DNA of 64,000 nucleotides from Candidatus Woesearchaeota archaeon B3_Woes (GTDB taxonomy: Archaea; Nanobdellota; Nanobdellia; Woesearchaeales; B3-WOES): contig NJBG01000001.1 in assembly GCA_005222965.1 (NCBI GenBank), positions 896,167-960,166 of the forward strand, given 5' to 3'. Both the position numbers and the translations under genes were made by a program. Below, one piece after another: positions 36,874 to 47,036 of the stretch. Position 1 is the stretch's first letter. Each line of letters opens with the position of its first letter. The notes under the pieces were generated by a model. It was not told the DNA's origin and did not search any database. It saw only the letters and a program-made list of their open reading frames with translations.

Positions 36874-38630
36874 TGGGTATTGGAAACATATTAGGACTCT
36901 ATGGATTCTTGGTTCTTATCCCTTTTATTCTAATCTACTTATTTAAACCAAAACCAATCGATAAAGCAATACCTTCTTTAATGTTTTTTATCAGAGAACA
37001 AAAACAAAAAAAAGAATTCTCTTTCCTAAAAAGATTACTAACAAACCTACTATTTTTACTACAGTTATTCGCAATACTCGCTCTAGCTTCATCACTTATA
37101 GAACCATTCATAACAGTAACAGAAGATGCAAAATCAGGAAACACAGTTTTAATTATAGATTCATCAGCTTCAATGCAAACTAAAAACAATGGAAATACGA
37201 GATTTGAATTAGCACTAAGTGAAGCAAAAAAAAGAATGCATGGAAAGATTAGTATTGTTTTAGCTTCACTAACTCCTACAATCACTCTGGAAAATGGATT
37301 ACAAAGCGAAGCTTCTAAACATCTCTCAACAGTAATTCCAAAAGAAGCATCTACAAACATCAAAGGATCAATGGATCTAGCAGACGCTTTACTGGAAAAA
37401 ACAAAAGGTAATGTAGTTGTCTTAAGCGACTTTATAACAACAATGGAAAACGATGATCCAATCATCTCTAAAAGATTATTAAACTCAAGGGGAAATTCTG
37501 TTGAATTTGTTAATCTAGCTTCAAAAGCAAACAACCTTGGATTTGTTGATTTAAATATCCAAAAGGATTTTACAGAAGCGTATATAAAGAATTTTAATGA
37601 AGAAGAAAAAGCAATAACAATATCCTTAATAAAAAATAAAGAGACAATAACAAAAAAAGATCTAACAATAAATCCAAGATCAAAAGAAAAAATTGTTTTT
37701 GAAACTTTACCAGGATTATCAACTCTAAAAATCTCTCCAGATGACGATTTAAAAGTAGACAATATTGTATATCTAAGTTCCCCTTTAAAAGACAACATAA
37801 ATATCTTATTAATAACTAACACAATACCAAAAGCACTAAAAAATGCCTTAGAAGCAGCCAAATACATAACAGTTGAAATAGCAGAACCACCTATCATCCC
37901 GGATATTGATCATGATGTTGTAATTGTAAGCAATGTAAACAAAGACGAACTGCTTCCTGGAACATTTAACGACATCAAAAGATATGTTGAAAAAGGAGGA
38001 AACCTAATAATAACATCCCAAGAAGGAATAGCACAACTAGATACATTAGATCTGCTGCCTGTCAACATAATAGGCATGGGTGAACAATCAAACACAATAA
38101 TCTCATCACAAAACGAAATAACAAAAGATATTGAATTTGGAGTAGTTAAAAGATATATTGTTGCAACACCTTTCAAAGATGCTATGTCTTTCCTAAATAC
38201 AGAAGATGAGTCAAGCTTAATAGCCTATAAATCATATCAAAACGGAAAAATCATCTACTATGGTTTATTTGATGATGAAAATGATTTTAAATTTAGCCCA
38301 GACTACCCCATCTTCTGGAACAACCTAATCAACTTTATGCTTGACACAGAAGATATCAATGATTATAATTTTAAGATTGGAGAAAGAACACTAGTCGATA
38401 AAGCAGGATTCTATAAAGAGGATAGCAAACAAGTTGCTTACAATCTTTTAGATGAAGCAGAAAGCGAGGTTAGCAAAGATCCTTTGCTATTTTCAAAAGA
38501 GTATTCTGATTTTGTAGAAAAAAATGTTAAAGAAAACATTGACAAAGATCTCACAATGATTTTGTTAATCCTAGCATGTTTAATACTAATATTTGAAGTA
38601 GCCTATATAAAATTCAGAGGTGATTTATGA
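36873..38630 (+). CDS. BatA-like membrane protein with von Willebrand factor A domain
   Basis: N-terminal double TM helix (aerotolerance BatA_N-like). vWA MIDAS motif VLIIDSSASM. 585 aa. Translationally coupled to the next gene. Confidence 0.65.
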   Translation: MGIGNILGLYGFLVLIPFILIYLFKPKPIDKAIPSLMFFIREQKQKKEFSFLKRLLTNLLFLLQLFAILALASSLIEPFITVTEDAKSGNTVLIIDSSASMQTKNNGNTRFELALSEAKKRMHGKISIVLASLTPTITLENGLQSEASKHLSTVIPKEASTNIKGSMDLADALLEKTKGNVVVLSDFITTMENDDPIISKRLLNSRGNSVEFVNLASKANNLGFVDLNIQKDFTEAYIKNFNEEEKAITISLIKNKETITKKDLTINPRSKEKIVFETLPGLSTLKISPDDDLKVDNIVYLSSPLKDNINILLITNTIPKALKNALEAAKYITVEIAEPPIIPDIDHDVVIVSNVNKDELLPGTFNDIKRYVEKGGNLIITSQEGIAQLDTLDLLPVNIIGMGEQSNTIISSQNEITKDIEFGVVKRYIVATPFKDAMSFLNTEDESSLIAYKSYQNGKIIYYGLFDDENDFKFSPDYPIFWNNLINFMLDTEDINDYNFKIGERTLVDKAGFYKEDSKQVAYNLLDEAESEVSKDPLLFSKEYSDFVEKNVKENIDKDLTMILLILACLILIFEVAYIKFRGDL

Positions 38631-41020
38631 AATTTTTTATTGAATACCCTTTTGTATTGGCTTTAATCATCCCTGTAATCATAGCTTTGATAATCTTAAT
38701 AAATAGAACATTTATCAAATTTAATAATGAACAGGAAAAAAGAGAATATAACAGAGCCCATAAAGGAAAAAGAATATTCATAACAATAACAAGATCCTTA
38801 ATAGCTTTATACCTCCTGATTGCTCTATCTTCTCCATACACTCTAAAAGAAGATGTTGTAAAAGGAGATTATTCACTTAAGATATTGGTTGATAATTCAA
38901 CAAGCATGAGTCTATTTGACAATAGTGTTGTCAATGAGGTATTTAATAGTGTTAAAGAAAAAATACCAGTTACAAAAATGCCTATTGCATCAGGAACATC
39001 ATCTCCAATAGGAAACGCAATAATAAATAATATGCATGGGGATGATAATATACTTCTCATATCAGATGGCCAGAATAACAAAGGCAAAGAACTGGCAAGT
39101 GTTATGTTTTTTGCTAATCTCCTAAACACATCTATAAGCGCTGTTAATGTTAATCCGATAAATGATGATTATTCTGTTGTAATAGAAGGCCCTTCAGAAG
39201 CAATAATGGGAACTGAAAATGAATTTTATATTAGAATTAACAAAGCAGGAAACCCTCCTGCTTATGACATCTCTGCAAAAGTTGATGAAAGACCAGTAAA
39301 TCTAGAAAAAATAGAAAACAATCTATTTAAATTTTCAAAACAATTATCAGAAGGATATCATAAAATAACAGCAACAATAGATACTAATGATTTCTTTAAA
39401 GAAAATAATGTTTACTATAAAACACTGCATGTTTTACCTAAACCAAATGTTTTGTATGTAACTGAAAAAGATTCTAAATTCTTAGATATGCTCAAACCAG
39501 TATATACAATAAATAAAAAAACATCTCTTCCAAACGATTTAAGTGAATATGCCTCCATTATAATAGATGATATTGAAGCCAGTAAACTAAACTCAAAAAC
39601 AGAATTACTAAGTGATTATGTAATAGAAGGAGGAGGATTATTTGTTATAGGGGGAGAAAACGCATTTGATAAAGGAGATTACTCAAACTCTTTATTTGAA
39701 ACAATTCTACCTGTTAAGGTTGGTGAAGCCGGATTTGGTGGTGAATTAGTCACAAGCATAGTAATTGTTCTGGATATCTCAGAAAGCACTGGTCAGGATT
39801 TTAGCAGAAGAAATTCTGAAAGCAAAGTTGATGTTGAAAAATCACTTGCTCTAGAAATAATAAAAGGATTAAGCCTATATGATAAAGTAGGAATAGTTGC
39901 ATTTAATCACGCAGCATACCAAATTTCACCTTTAGGAGTTTTAGGTGAAGTAGAAACAAACATAACAAGCAAGATATCCAAACTACACGATTCAGGAGGA
40001 ACATATGTATTTTCAGGATTAAAAAAAGCACAGTACATGTTAGAGAGTTCATTAGGCAGCAAAAATATCATTTTAATATCAGATGGAGTTGATAGTATTC
40101 CATCTCAATCTCTTGCTCTATCAAAAGAGTTTGCAGAAAAAAACATAAAGCTCTACACAGTAGGGGTTGGAGAGGCCACAAATAGAGCATTTCTGCAAAC
40201 TCTTGCTATTGAAACAGGAGCAGAATATTTTGAACCAACAGAATCACAAAAACTACATATAATATTTTCAAAACAACAAGATCTTCCACCACAAAAAGTT
40301 AAATCATTAGTATTATTCAACAATAATCATTTTATCACAAAAAACCTTGATATAATCGCTGAAGTTAGTGGATTTAACTATGTTGTAAAAAAATCATCAT
40401 CCCAAATGATTGTTTCAATGGGAGATGGAAAACCCATAATAACAGTATGGAGATATGGTCTAGGAAGGGTTGTTGCACTATCAACAGATGATGGAGAAAA
40501 ATGGTCTTCAGAATTACTAAGCAAATCAAATTCAAAACTATTAGTAAGATCTCTTAATTGGGCAATAGGAGATCCTCAAAAGAATTTACCATTCTATACA
40601 AGAGTTAAAGATACTTATTTAGGAGACACATCACAAATAATTGTTAAAAGTGATAAAAAACCTGTTTCAGAAAAACTTAAATTTGAAAAAACAGATGAAA
40701 ACAAATACATATCACACTTTACTCCATCTGAAACAGGATATGAAGAATTTTTCAACACAATAATGGCTGTTAACTATCCTCTTGAATACAAAGATATAGG
40801 ATTTAACAAAGAACTTAGAGATTTAATAGAAATCACTGGTGGAAAAATGTTTGATTCTTCTGATGCAAACGAGATTGTTAAATTTATCAAAAACACAAGC
40901 CTAAGAAAAAAATCAACACCACATTATATAAGATGGCCTTTCATCATAGTTGCATTATCAATACTAATACTAGAGATATTTATAAGAAAGATAATTGAAT
41001 CAAGAAGGAGGGGAAAATGA
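38627..41020 (+). CDS. large membrane-anchored protein with two vWA-like domains (BatB-like)
   Basis: N-terminal TM helices. MIDAS-like LKILVDNSTSMS and VIVLDISESTG...GGTYVFSGL...IILISDGVDS. C-terminal TM helix. 797 aa. Confidence 0.6.
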   Translation: MKFFIEYPFVLALIIPVIIALIILINRTFIKFNNEQEKREYNRAHKGKRIFITITRSLIALYLLIALSSPYTLKEDVVKGDYSLKILVDNSTSMSLFDNSVVNEVFNSVKEKIPVTKMPIASGTSSPIGNAIINNMHGDDNILLISDGQNNKGKELASVMFFANLLNTSISAVNVNPINDDYSVVIEGPSEAIMGTENEFYIRINKAGNPPAYDISAKVDERPVNLEKIENNLFKFSKQLSEGYHKITATIDTNDFFKENNVYYKTLHVLPKPNVLYVTEKDSKFLDMLKPVYTINKKTSLPNDLSEYASIIIDDIEASKLNSKTELLSDYVIEGGGLFVIGGENAFDKGDYSNSLFETILPVKVGEAGFGGELVTSIVIVLDISESTGQDFSRRNSESKVDVEKSLALEIIKGLSLYDKVGIVAFNHAAYQISPLGVLGEVETNITSKISKLHDSGGTYVFSGLKKAQYMLESSLGSKNIILISDGVDSIPSQSLALSKEFAEKNIKLYTVGVGEATNRAFLQTLAIETGAEYFEPTESQKLHIIFSKQQDLPPQKVKSLVLFNNNHFITKNLDIIAEVSGFNYVVKKSSSQMIVSMGDGKPIITVWRYGLGRVVALSTDDGEKWSSELLSKSNSKLLVRSLNWAIGDPQKNLPFYTRVKDTYLGDTSQIIVKSDKKPVSEKLKFEKTDENKYISHFTPSETGYEEFFNTIMAVNYPLEYKDIGFNKELRDLIEITGGKMFDSSDANEIVKFIKNTSLRKKSTPHYIRWPFIIVALSILILEIFIRKIIESRRRGK

Positions 41021-41481
41021 AACAAAACATAAACTTTGGTTTGTTAATATTAATAATAGCAATCTTAATCTCTTTTAGCGGAGCTGTCGTCTATTATCAA
41101 ACCACCTTCAAAGACCTATCAACAGAATATAAAACAAAAATGAGCGAACTACAAAAAGTAACATCTACTCTATTGGAGAAAAAGGCAGAATTAGCAGAAA
41201 CAAGCGCAAAACAAGAAAGCCTTACTGAAAAATATACAGACATAAAAGGGGAAAAAGAAGAATTAGAAGATGATATAGGTGCTCTGGAAAACGAATTATC
41301 ATCTAAAAAAGCAGAACTGCTTGATACAAAAGAAACATTAAGAACATCTCAAGATCAAGTTTTAAGCCTGCAAGGAGATATTGAAGATTACAAAGATGAT
41401 ATAGCTCGTTATAAAGGCGATGTAAATGATCTATGCGATTATATATATAGCCAGGGGTTATCCCATGCTGAGTGTGATTAA
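41017..41481 (+). CDS. membrane-anchored coiled-coil protein
   Basis: N-terminal TM helix followed by a long Glu/Lys heptad-like region. 154 aa. Confidence 0.4.
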   Translation: MKQNINFGLLILIIAILISFSGAVVYYQTTFKDLSTEYKTKMSELQKVTSTLLEKKAELAETSAKQESLTEKYTDIKGEKEELEDDIGALENELSSKKAELLDTKETLRTSQDQVLSLQGDIEDYKDDIARYKGDVNDLCDYIYSQGLSHAECD

Positions 41482-41536
41482 ACAATGAAAATCAATGAAA
41501 ATAAAATTTTCAAGATTTCCATTTTAATAAACTAAA

Positions 41537-42529
41537 ATGAAAAGACCAATAAAATTAGATTTAGGATTTATGAAGATTGAACATCATATAAAACCAACTC
41601 AAACTAAACCTAAATTCATTAAAATAGAACATCATAAAGAACCATACAAACCTAATCTCGAATCTAATATAAATATAAATGTTTTACCTAAATCTATGCA
41701 TCATCTCATAAAGAAGGAAAGAATAATCAAACCAAAACACAAACCAACAAGATTCTCAAAACTAATTAAAGAAATAAAAACACTCTTTGACAACATAATA
41801 ATATTTAACTCTCTACTTATGTTCATAATATTATTTTTAGCTGGTTTTATTATTTTAATGATTCTTAACCTAAACAAACTATTCGCTCTTGTAATCCCTT
41901 TTATTTACCTCATAATAACATTGTTCATAAAACTAAAAGAAAATCAATATCTAAAAGTAGAAAAAAAATTCCCTAATCTCAACGAAAAGATCAGAACAGC
42001 TGCCGACAACTTATATGTTGAAAACCCAGTTGTTGATGAATTAAGACATGAAGTATCCCATGACTTAAGGGGTGTGGATTATGCAAGTTTTTTCAAAGGC
42101 AAATCAACTTCCTATAAAATATTCTTTATCATCTTACTATGTTTTGGTGTAATTTTCTTAGCTAAATATGATATTGATTTCAAGCTTAATTTTGAAAGGG
42201 TATTTGGTTTTATTGAAGGTAGAGGAGAAGGAAACTCAACAGGTATTATTTCAGATATAATAAGTGCCACAACAACCGGCCCTGATGAAGATATATTTGG
42301 AGAAGAGTATCTGGCAGAACTAGGAAACGATCAAATAACGATTAGTATGAATAAAGTAGGATATGAAATAAATATGGATGATGTTAGAGATCCATCTCAA
42401 ACAGAGTTTGAAGATAGTTTATTCCCACCAGACATGGGATTGGAAAAAGCCCAAGTCTATATCCAAAAAGACTTAGAAGAACATAAAGAATTAGTTAAAA
42501 ATTACTTTAAAAATATGGCCCAAAGTTAA
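41537..42529 (+). CDS. membrane protein of unknown function
   Basis: Basic N-terminal tail and three central TM helices. 330 aa. Confidence 0.35.
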   Translation: MKRPIKLDLGFMKIEHHIKPTQTKPKFIKIEHHKEPYKPNLESNININVLPKSMHHLIKKERIIKPKHKPTRFSKLIKEIKTLFDNIIIFNSLLMFIILFLAGFIILMILNLNKLFALVIPFIYLIITLFIKLKENQYLKVEKKFPNLNEKIRTAADNLYVENPVVDELRHEVSHDLRGVDYASFFKGKSTSYKIFFIILLCFGVIFLAKYDIDFKLNFERVFGFIEGRGEGNSTGIISDIISATTTGPDEDIFGEEYLAELGNDQITISMNKVGYEINMDDVRDPSQTEFEDSLFPPDMGLEKAQVYIQKDLEEHKELVKNYFKNMAQS

Positions 42530-44425
42530 ATGAAAACAGAAAATCAAATCAAAATAATAGCATATGTTGCTTTAATAGGAGTTATAACTATTTGGACAGT
42601 CATACTTGGCTCTTTGTTTGGATATATAGACAATAGAATTACAGGATTTGCTGTAGGAGATGGTAATGAAAGCAATGAAACAATAGATTGTAACAACAAC
42701 AGCATATGCGACGGAAATGAAACAATATTAACATGCCCATCTGATTGTAATACCACTAACGAAACTACCTGTAACAATAATAGCATATGTGATGGCAATG
42801 AAACAATATTAACATGTCCATCAGATTGTAATACAACCAACACAACAACATGTAATAATAACGGCACATGCGATACCAATGAAACATTTGAAACATGCCC
42901 ATCAGATTGTGTAGAGACCTGTACACCAGAAGAACAAAGAGATTGTGGAATAGAAGAAGGAATATGTATTACAGGTATTCAAACGTGTTATGAGAATGGA
43001 ACATGGGGAAGTTGCAATGGTTCAATCGAGCCCATGAATGAAACATGCAATGAATTAGATGATGATTGCGATGGAAAAGTAGATGAAGGATATGACTGGA
43101 ATAACAATAGCATAATTGATGATAATGAAACATTCGATTATGATGATGACGGATACTTCCCAAGAACAACCATCTATTTTAATCTATCATGCAGTAGTTA
43201 TTCTGAATATGATTGTAATGATACCAATTCAAGTATACATCCTAATGCACCTGAAATAGAAAATAATGTAGATGATGATTGTGATAGAGAGATAGATGAA
43301 ATAATATGGAATATAACCACAACCCATAAAATTAATCTAGGATATATAAAAAGAAACGGAACAAAAGCCTATCTGCGTGTAGGAGATTGGGCTGTCTTTA
43401 GCTACAAAAAACTTTATGGTACTCTTCTTTATGGAAAAATAGAACTAACAACACTTTCCTCAGCAGGAATTGGAATGACCTTCTCTGTTATCAAAGGAAT
43501 AAATATTAATGTTCTACCAGAAACAAATATGATAATTGGAGAATCAAAACAATATGATATGGATAACGATGGTAAAAATGATATTTCTATTAAATTAGAA
43601 GAAATACAATCTGATTTTAAAGCATACTTGATGATAAAAGATGTTTCAGAATACATCATGCCAACTTGCAATGATAATGGTGTTTGTGATGAAGGAGAAA
43701 CAGCAGCAAACTGCCCAGTAGATTGTTTAGTAATAAATTACTGCAATGAAAATGGAACTTGTGATGCAAACGAAACAATTGAAAACTGTCCAGAAGATTG
43801 CAAAGTAATTGAAGAGAAAAAAGCACCACCACCAGAACCAGTAGAAGAAGAACCTACTCAAGATTGGACATGTAATGATAATAATGTTTGTGAAGCATGG
43901 GAAACAAAACAGGACTGTCCATCTGATTGTAAAAAAGGTCCTATGCAATATATCCTTCTTGGTTTAATAACAACAAGTTTAATGCTATTAGTATTAGGAG
44001 GAATATTAATTAAAACCAAAAACCCCTATGGAATTAACAAAAAACTACAAAAAAACCTTGTTCAATCTATTAATAAAGGGTATGACTTAAACAATATCAA
44101 TTACTATCTAACTACCAAAAAACTTAAACAACCAAAGATAAAAAAAGCACTCAAATACGCATCTGATTTCATGGCTCTCAAAAGAGCAGTTATATTCTAC
44201 CTAAAACAAACTCATGATGAAAAGAAAGTAAAAAAGATGTGTATCAAAAATAAATGGTCTAAAAAACTAACAAATGATGTTTTTGACACTATTAAAATTC
44301 AACCAAAACCAGTTGTTCCTCAAAAAAAGATTGTTCCTTTTCAGCAAAAAAAGTTTATCAATCCCCCAAAAGGAAAAACAGCTCCTAAAACTGAAATTCA
44401 AAAAACCAAACTAAAAAAACTATAA
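42530..44425 (+). CDS. secreted Cys-rich glycoprotein-like protein with six 4-Cys 20-aa modules plus PF11617-like metal-binding motifs and a C-terminal TM anchor
   Basis: Signal/TM helix at the N-terminus. Six copies of C-N-[ND]-N-x-x-C-[DE]-x-x-E-T-x-x-x-C-P-x-D-C, two of them protein-identical but synonymously diverged. DCNDTNSSIHPNAPEIENNVDDDCD matches the putative metal-binding motif family. Many N-x-T sequons. TM helix near residue 480 and a basic cytoplasmic tail. Confidence 0.5.
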   Translation: MKTENQIKIIAYVALIGVITIWTVILGSLFGYIDNRITGFAVGDGNESNETIDCNNNSICDGNETILTCPSDCNTTNETTCNNNSICDGNETILTCPSDCNTTNTTTCNNNGTCDTNETFETCPSDCVETCTPEEQRDCGIEEGICITGIQTCYENGTWGSCNGSIEPMNETCNELDDDCDGKVDEGYDWNNNSIIDDNETFDYDDDGYFPRTTIYFNLSCSSYSEYDCNDTNSSIHPNAPEIENNVDDDCDREIDEIIWNITTTHKINLGYIKRNGTKAYLRVGDWAVFSYKKLYGTLLYGKIELTTLSSAGIGMTFSVIKGININVLPETNMIIGESKQYDMDNDGKNDISIKLEEIQSDFKAYLMIKDVSEYIMPTCNDNGVCDEGETAANCPVDCLVINYCNENGTCDANETIENCPEDCKVIEEKKAPPPEPVEEEPTQDWTCNDNNVCEAWETKQDCPSDCKKGPMQYILLGLITTSLMLLVLGGILIKTKNPYGINKKLQKNLVQSINKGYDLNNINYYLTTKKLKQPKIKKALKYASDFMALKRAVIFYLKQTHDEKKVKKMCIKNKWSKKLTNDVFDTIKIQPKPVVPQKKIVPFQQKKFINPPKGKTAPKTEIQKTKLKKL

Positions 44426-44445
44426 ATAAAAAAGAGGTGAGTATA

Positions 44446-45381
44446 ATGAGAGGATATAAAGATGTTTTTGAAAATTTACATAAGGAAATTGGCAAGGTTG
44501 TTGTAGGACAGAGCGAAGCAATTGAGCAGACACTTATAGCAATGCTTTGTAATGGCAACGCTTTATTAGAAGGGTATCCTGGTCTTGCAAAAACACTGGC
44601 AGTGAGGACTTTATCTCAGATAATGAGTCTAAAGTTCAGCAGAATACAAAATACACCAGACTTAATGCCTTCTGATATTACAGGAACATACATAATTGAA
44701 GAAGTATCTGGAAAAAGAAGCTTTAAGTTTCAACCAGGGCCAGTATTTGCTAATGTTGTTTTAGCAGATGAAATAAACAGAGCAACACCAAAAACACAAT
44801 CTGCTCTATTAGAAGCAATGCAGGAAAAACAAGTTACAGTTGGCAATGAAACATACAAATTAGATGAACCCTTTTTTGTTCTAGCTACTCAAAACCCAAT
44901 TGAACAAGAAGGAACATATCCTTTACCAGAAGCGCAATCAGATAGATTTCTACTAAAGATTAATGTTGGCTATCCAACCAAAGATGAAGAATCTAAGATT
45001 GTAGACAGGTTTACTTCTGAAGAAAGAAATGTTAAATTAAGGGAATTGCTCAACAAAACTAATATTATCTCAATGCAGCAACATGTAAGACAGGTTCCTA
45101 TTGCAAATGACATAAAAAAGAGAGTATTAGATATAGTTACATCAACAAGAGAAAATAAAAATCTTATACAATATGGGGCTTCACCAAGAGCATCAATTGG
45201 ATTAATACTAGCAGCAAAAGCAAGAGCCTTGATTAATGGCAGAAATCACGTTAGTAATGAAGACGTGAATATTATGGCTTACCCTGTTTTAAGGCATAGG
45301 ATAATCTTAAACTTCGAAGCAGAAAGAAAAGGATTGTCTCCAGATAACGCTATAAAACACATTTTAGATCATGTAAAATAA
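44446..45381 (+). CDS. MoxR-family AAA+ ATPase
   Basis: Walker A GYPGLAKT, Walker B VVLADEINRA and sensor regions typical of MoxR. The preferred start is ATG 44446, after an agaggtga SD-like sequence. Confidence 0.85.
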   Translation: MRGYKDVFENLHKEIGKVVVGQSEAIEQTLIAMLCNGNALLEGYPGLAKTLAVRTLSQIMSLKFSRIQNTPDLMPSDITGTYIIEEVSGKRSFKFQPGPVFANVVLADEINRATPKTQSALLEAMQEKQVTVGNETYKLDEPFFVLATQNPIEQEGTYPLPEAQSDRFLLKINVGYPTKDEESKIVDRFTSEERNVKLRELLNKTNIISMQQHVRQVPIANDIKKRVLDIVTSTRENKNLIQYGASPRASIGLILAAKARALINGRNHVSNEDVNIMAYPVLRHRIILNFEAERKGLSPDNAIKHILDHVK

Positions 45382-45391
45382 AAGAGGTAGA

Positions 45392-46948
45392 ATGAAGTAT
45401 AGTCCTTTAGAGAAAAAAGTAGAGAGAATTACTAAAAAGAATAAAATTCCTATAACTATAGTTACTTTTATCCTTCTTGTTGGACTGTTTATTGTTTATA
45501 ATTACAAACCCTCTGAAGAAAGTATAGAAAGGGAGTTTCTTGCACCACCAATAACTAATAAAACTTTTATGTTTAAAGAAGGGATCATATCAAATAATCT
45601 TTTTATTGAATTTAATATAACTCTTGAAGAAACAGGGATATATAGAATTAATGCAGAATTAAAAGATAATGAAGATAACATATTTTATCCTACTGGATCT
45701 AATAAATTTAATCTTAGCTCCGGCGAAAATACAGTCTTTCTTAATTTTAATGCAACTCAACTATACCTAAATAAAATAAATGGGTCTTATGAATTAACAA
45801 GATTAGATATTCAAAGAAAAGACTTTAAAATAAAGCTTAAGAATGTTTATAACACATCTGTTTACAATTATACTGATTTTGAATATATAAAAATATCAAT
45901 TAATCAAACACCAGAAGAATTAATTAACCAAACTCCAGAAGAAACAATCAACCAAACCCCTGAAGAAACCATTAATCAAACACCAGAAGAATTAATTAAC
46001 CAAACTCCAGAAGAAACAATCAACCAAACCCCTGAAGAAACCATTAATCAAACTCCAGAAGAGGTAATAAATAAAACACCTGAAGAAACCATAAACCAAA
46101 CTCCAGAAGAAACAATCAATCAAACACAAGATATCATTAACCAAACAAAAGAAATAATCAACCAAACCATAGAAGAAACAATAAATCAGACAGACAATCA
46201 AACAATAAACCAAACCCCTGAAGAAACCATTAATCAAACACCAGAAGAAACAATAAACAAAACAATCAATGACACAAACAATGAAATAATTGAAGAAATA
46301 AACACTAGAACCATCACCAGCGGTGGAGGAGGAGGGGGAGGTGGAGGAAGCTCTAACACAAAAACATACGCTTTTGGGGAATTAACTTCTCCTATCCAAC
46401 TAAGCTTAATTAGAAACAATATAGTTACATTTTATTTAAAAGAAGAATATCATAAAATTAACGTTATTAAAATAGGAAAAGATTATGTAGAACTAACAAT
46501 AAAATCAGATCCTATAACTGTTTTAGTTTATATAGGCCTAACAAAAAGGTTAGACATTAATAATGACAGGGTAGATGATATATATATAAAATTAAATGAT
46601 ATCAAATCAAGAAAAGCTGAAATTACTATAGGCAGAATTAAGCCAAAAATAAAATTAATATTCTGTAATAATAATGGGGTTTGTGATAAAGGAGAGAACT
46701 CAGCAAACTGCCCTAAAGATTGTCCTAAAGAAAAAGTTATCTCAGAACCAGTAAAAAAAGCACCAAAATATATTGAAAAGATAATATGCGATTATAATGA
46801 AATATGCGATAATGATGAAACCACTATGACATGCCCAACTGATTGTAAAAGAAACTATAAAGACAAGATTATTGTTAGTTTAATAACACTACTTGCAATA
46901 ATTATGATTTGTTTTATTGTTTTTGAGTATAAACATCATCAGGAATAA
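45392..46948 (+). CDS. membrane-anchored repeat protein: NQT octapeptide tandem repeats, poly-Gly, two C-terminal 4-Cys modules
   Basis: N-terminal TM helix. About 25 copies of INQTPEET-like units, each carrying an N-glycosylation sequon. A G9 tract. CNNNGVCDKGENSANCPKDC and CDYNEICDNDETTMTCPTDC modules. C-terminal TM helix. Confidence 0.5.
   Translation: MKYSPLEKKVERITKKNKIPITIVTFILLVGLFIVYNYKPSEESIEREFLAPPITNKTFMFKEGIISNNLFIEFNITLEETGIYRINAELKDNEDNIFYPTGSNKFNLSSGENTVFLNFNATQLYLNKINGSYELTRLDIQRKDFKIKLKNVYNTSVYNYTDFEYIKISINQTPEELINQTPEETINQTPEETINQTPEELINQTPEETINQTPEETINQTPEEVINKTPEETINQTPEETINQTQDIINQTKEIINQTIEETINQTDNQTINQTPEETINQTPEETINKTINDTNNEIIEEINTRTITSGGGGGGGGGSSNTKTYAFGELTSPIQLSLIRNNIVTFYLKEEYHKINVIKIGKDYVELTIKSDPITVLVYIGLTKRLDINNDRVDDIYIKLNDIKSRKAEITIGRIKPKIKLIFCNNNGVCDKGENSANCPKDCPKEKVISEPVKKAPKYIEKIICDYNEICDNDETTMTCPTDCKRNYKDKIIVSLITLLAIIMICFIVFEYKHHQE
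45895..46270 (+). repeat. 24-nt-period tandem repeat array (encodes the INQTPEET units), including an exact 72-nt higher-order duplication
   Basis: aaccaaactccagaagaaacaatcaaccaaacccctgaagaaaccattaatcaaacaccagaagaattaatt occurs twice, at about 45927 and about 45999. Confidence 0.8.
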
Positions 46949-47036
46949 TGAAATATGCCAATAACTTTAAAAACAACAAATGGTCCATAATGTTAATTAA
47001 TGATGTTTTAAACAGCTTTAAAAAAAGAGGCAACAA

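Noticed and set aside
46234-46419. Pro-rich antisense ORF
   Set aside because: Reverse complement of the poly-Gly tract and tandem repeat in 45392..46948.
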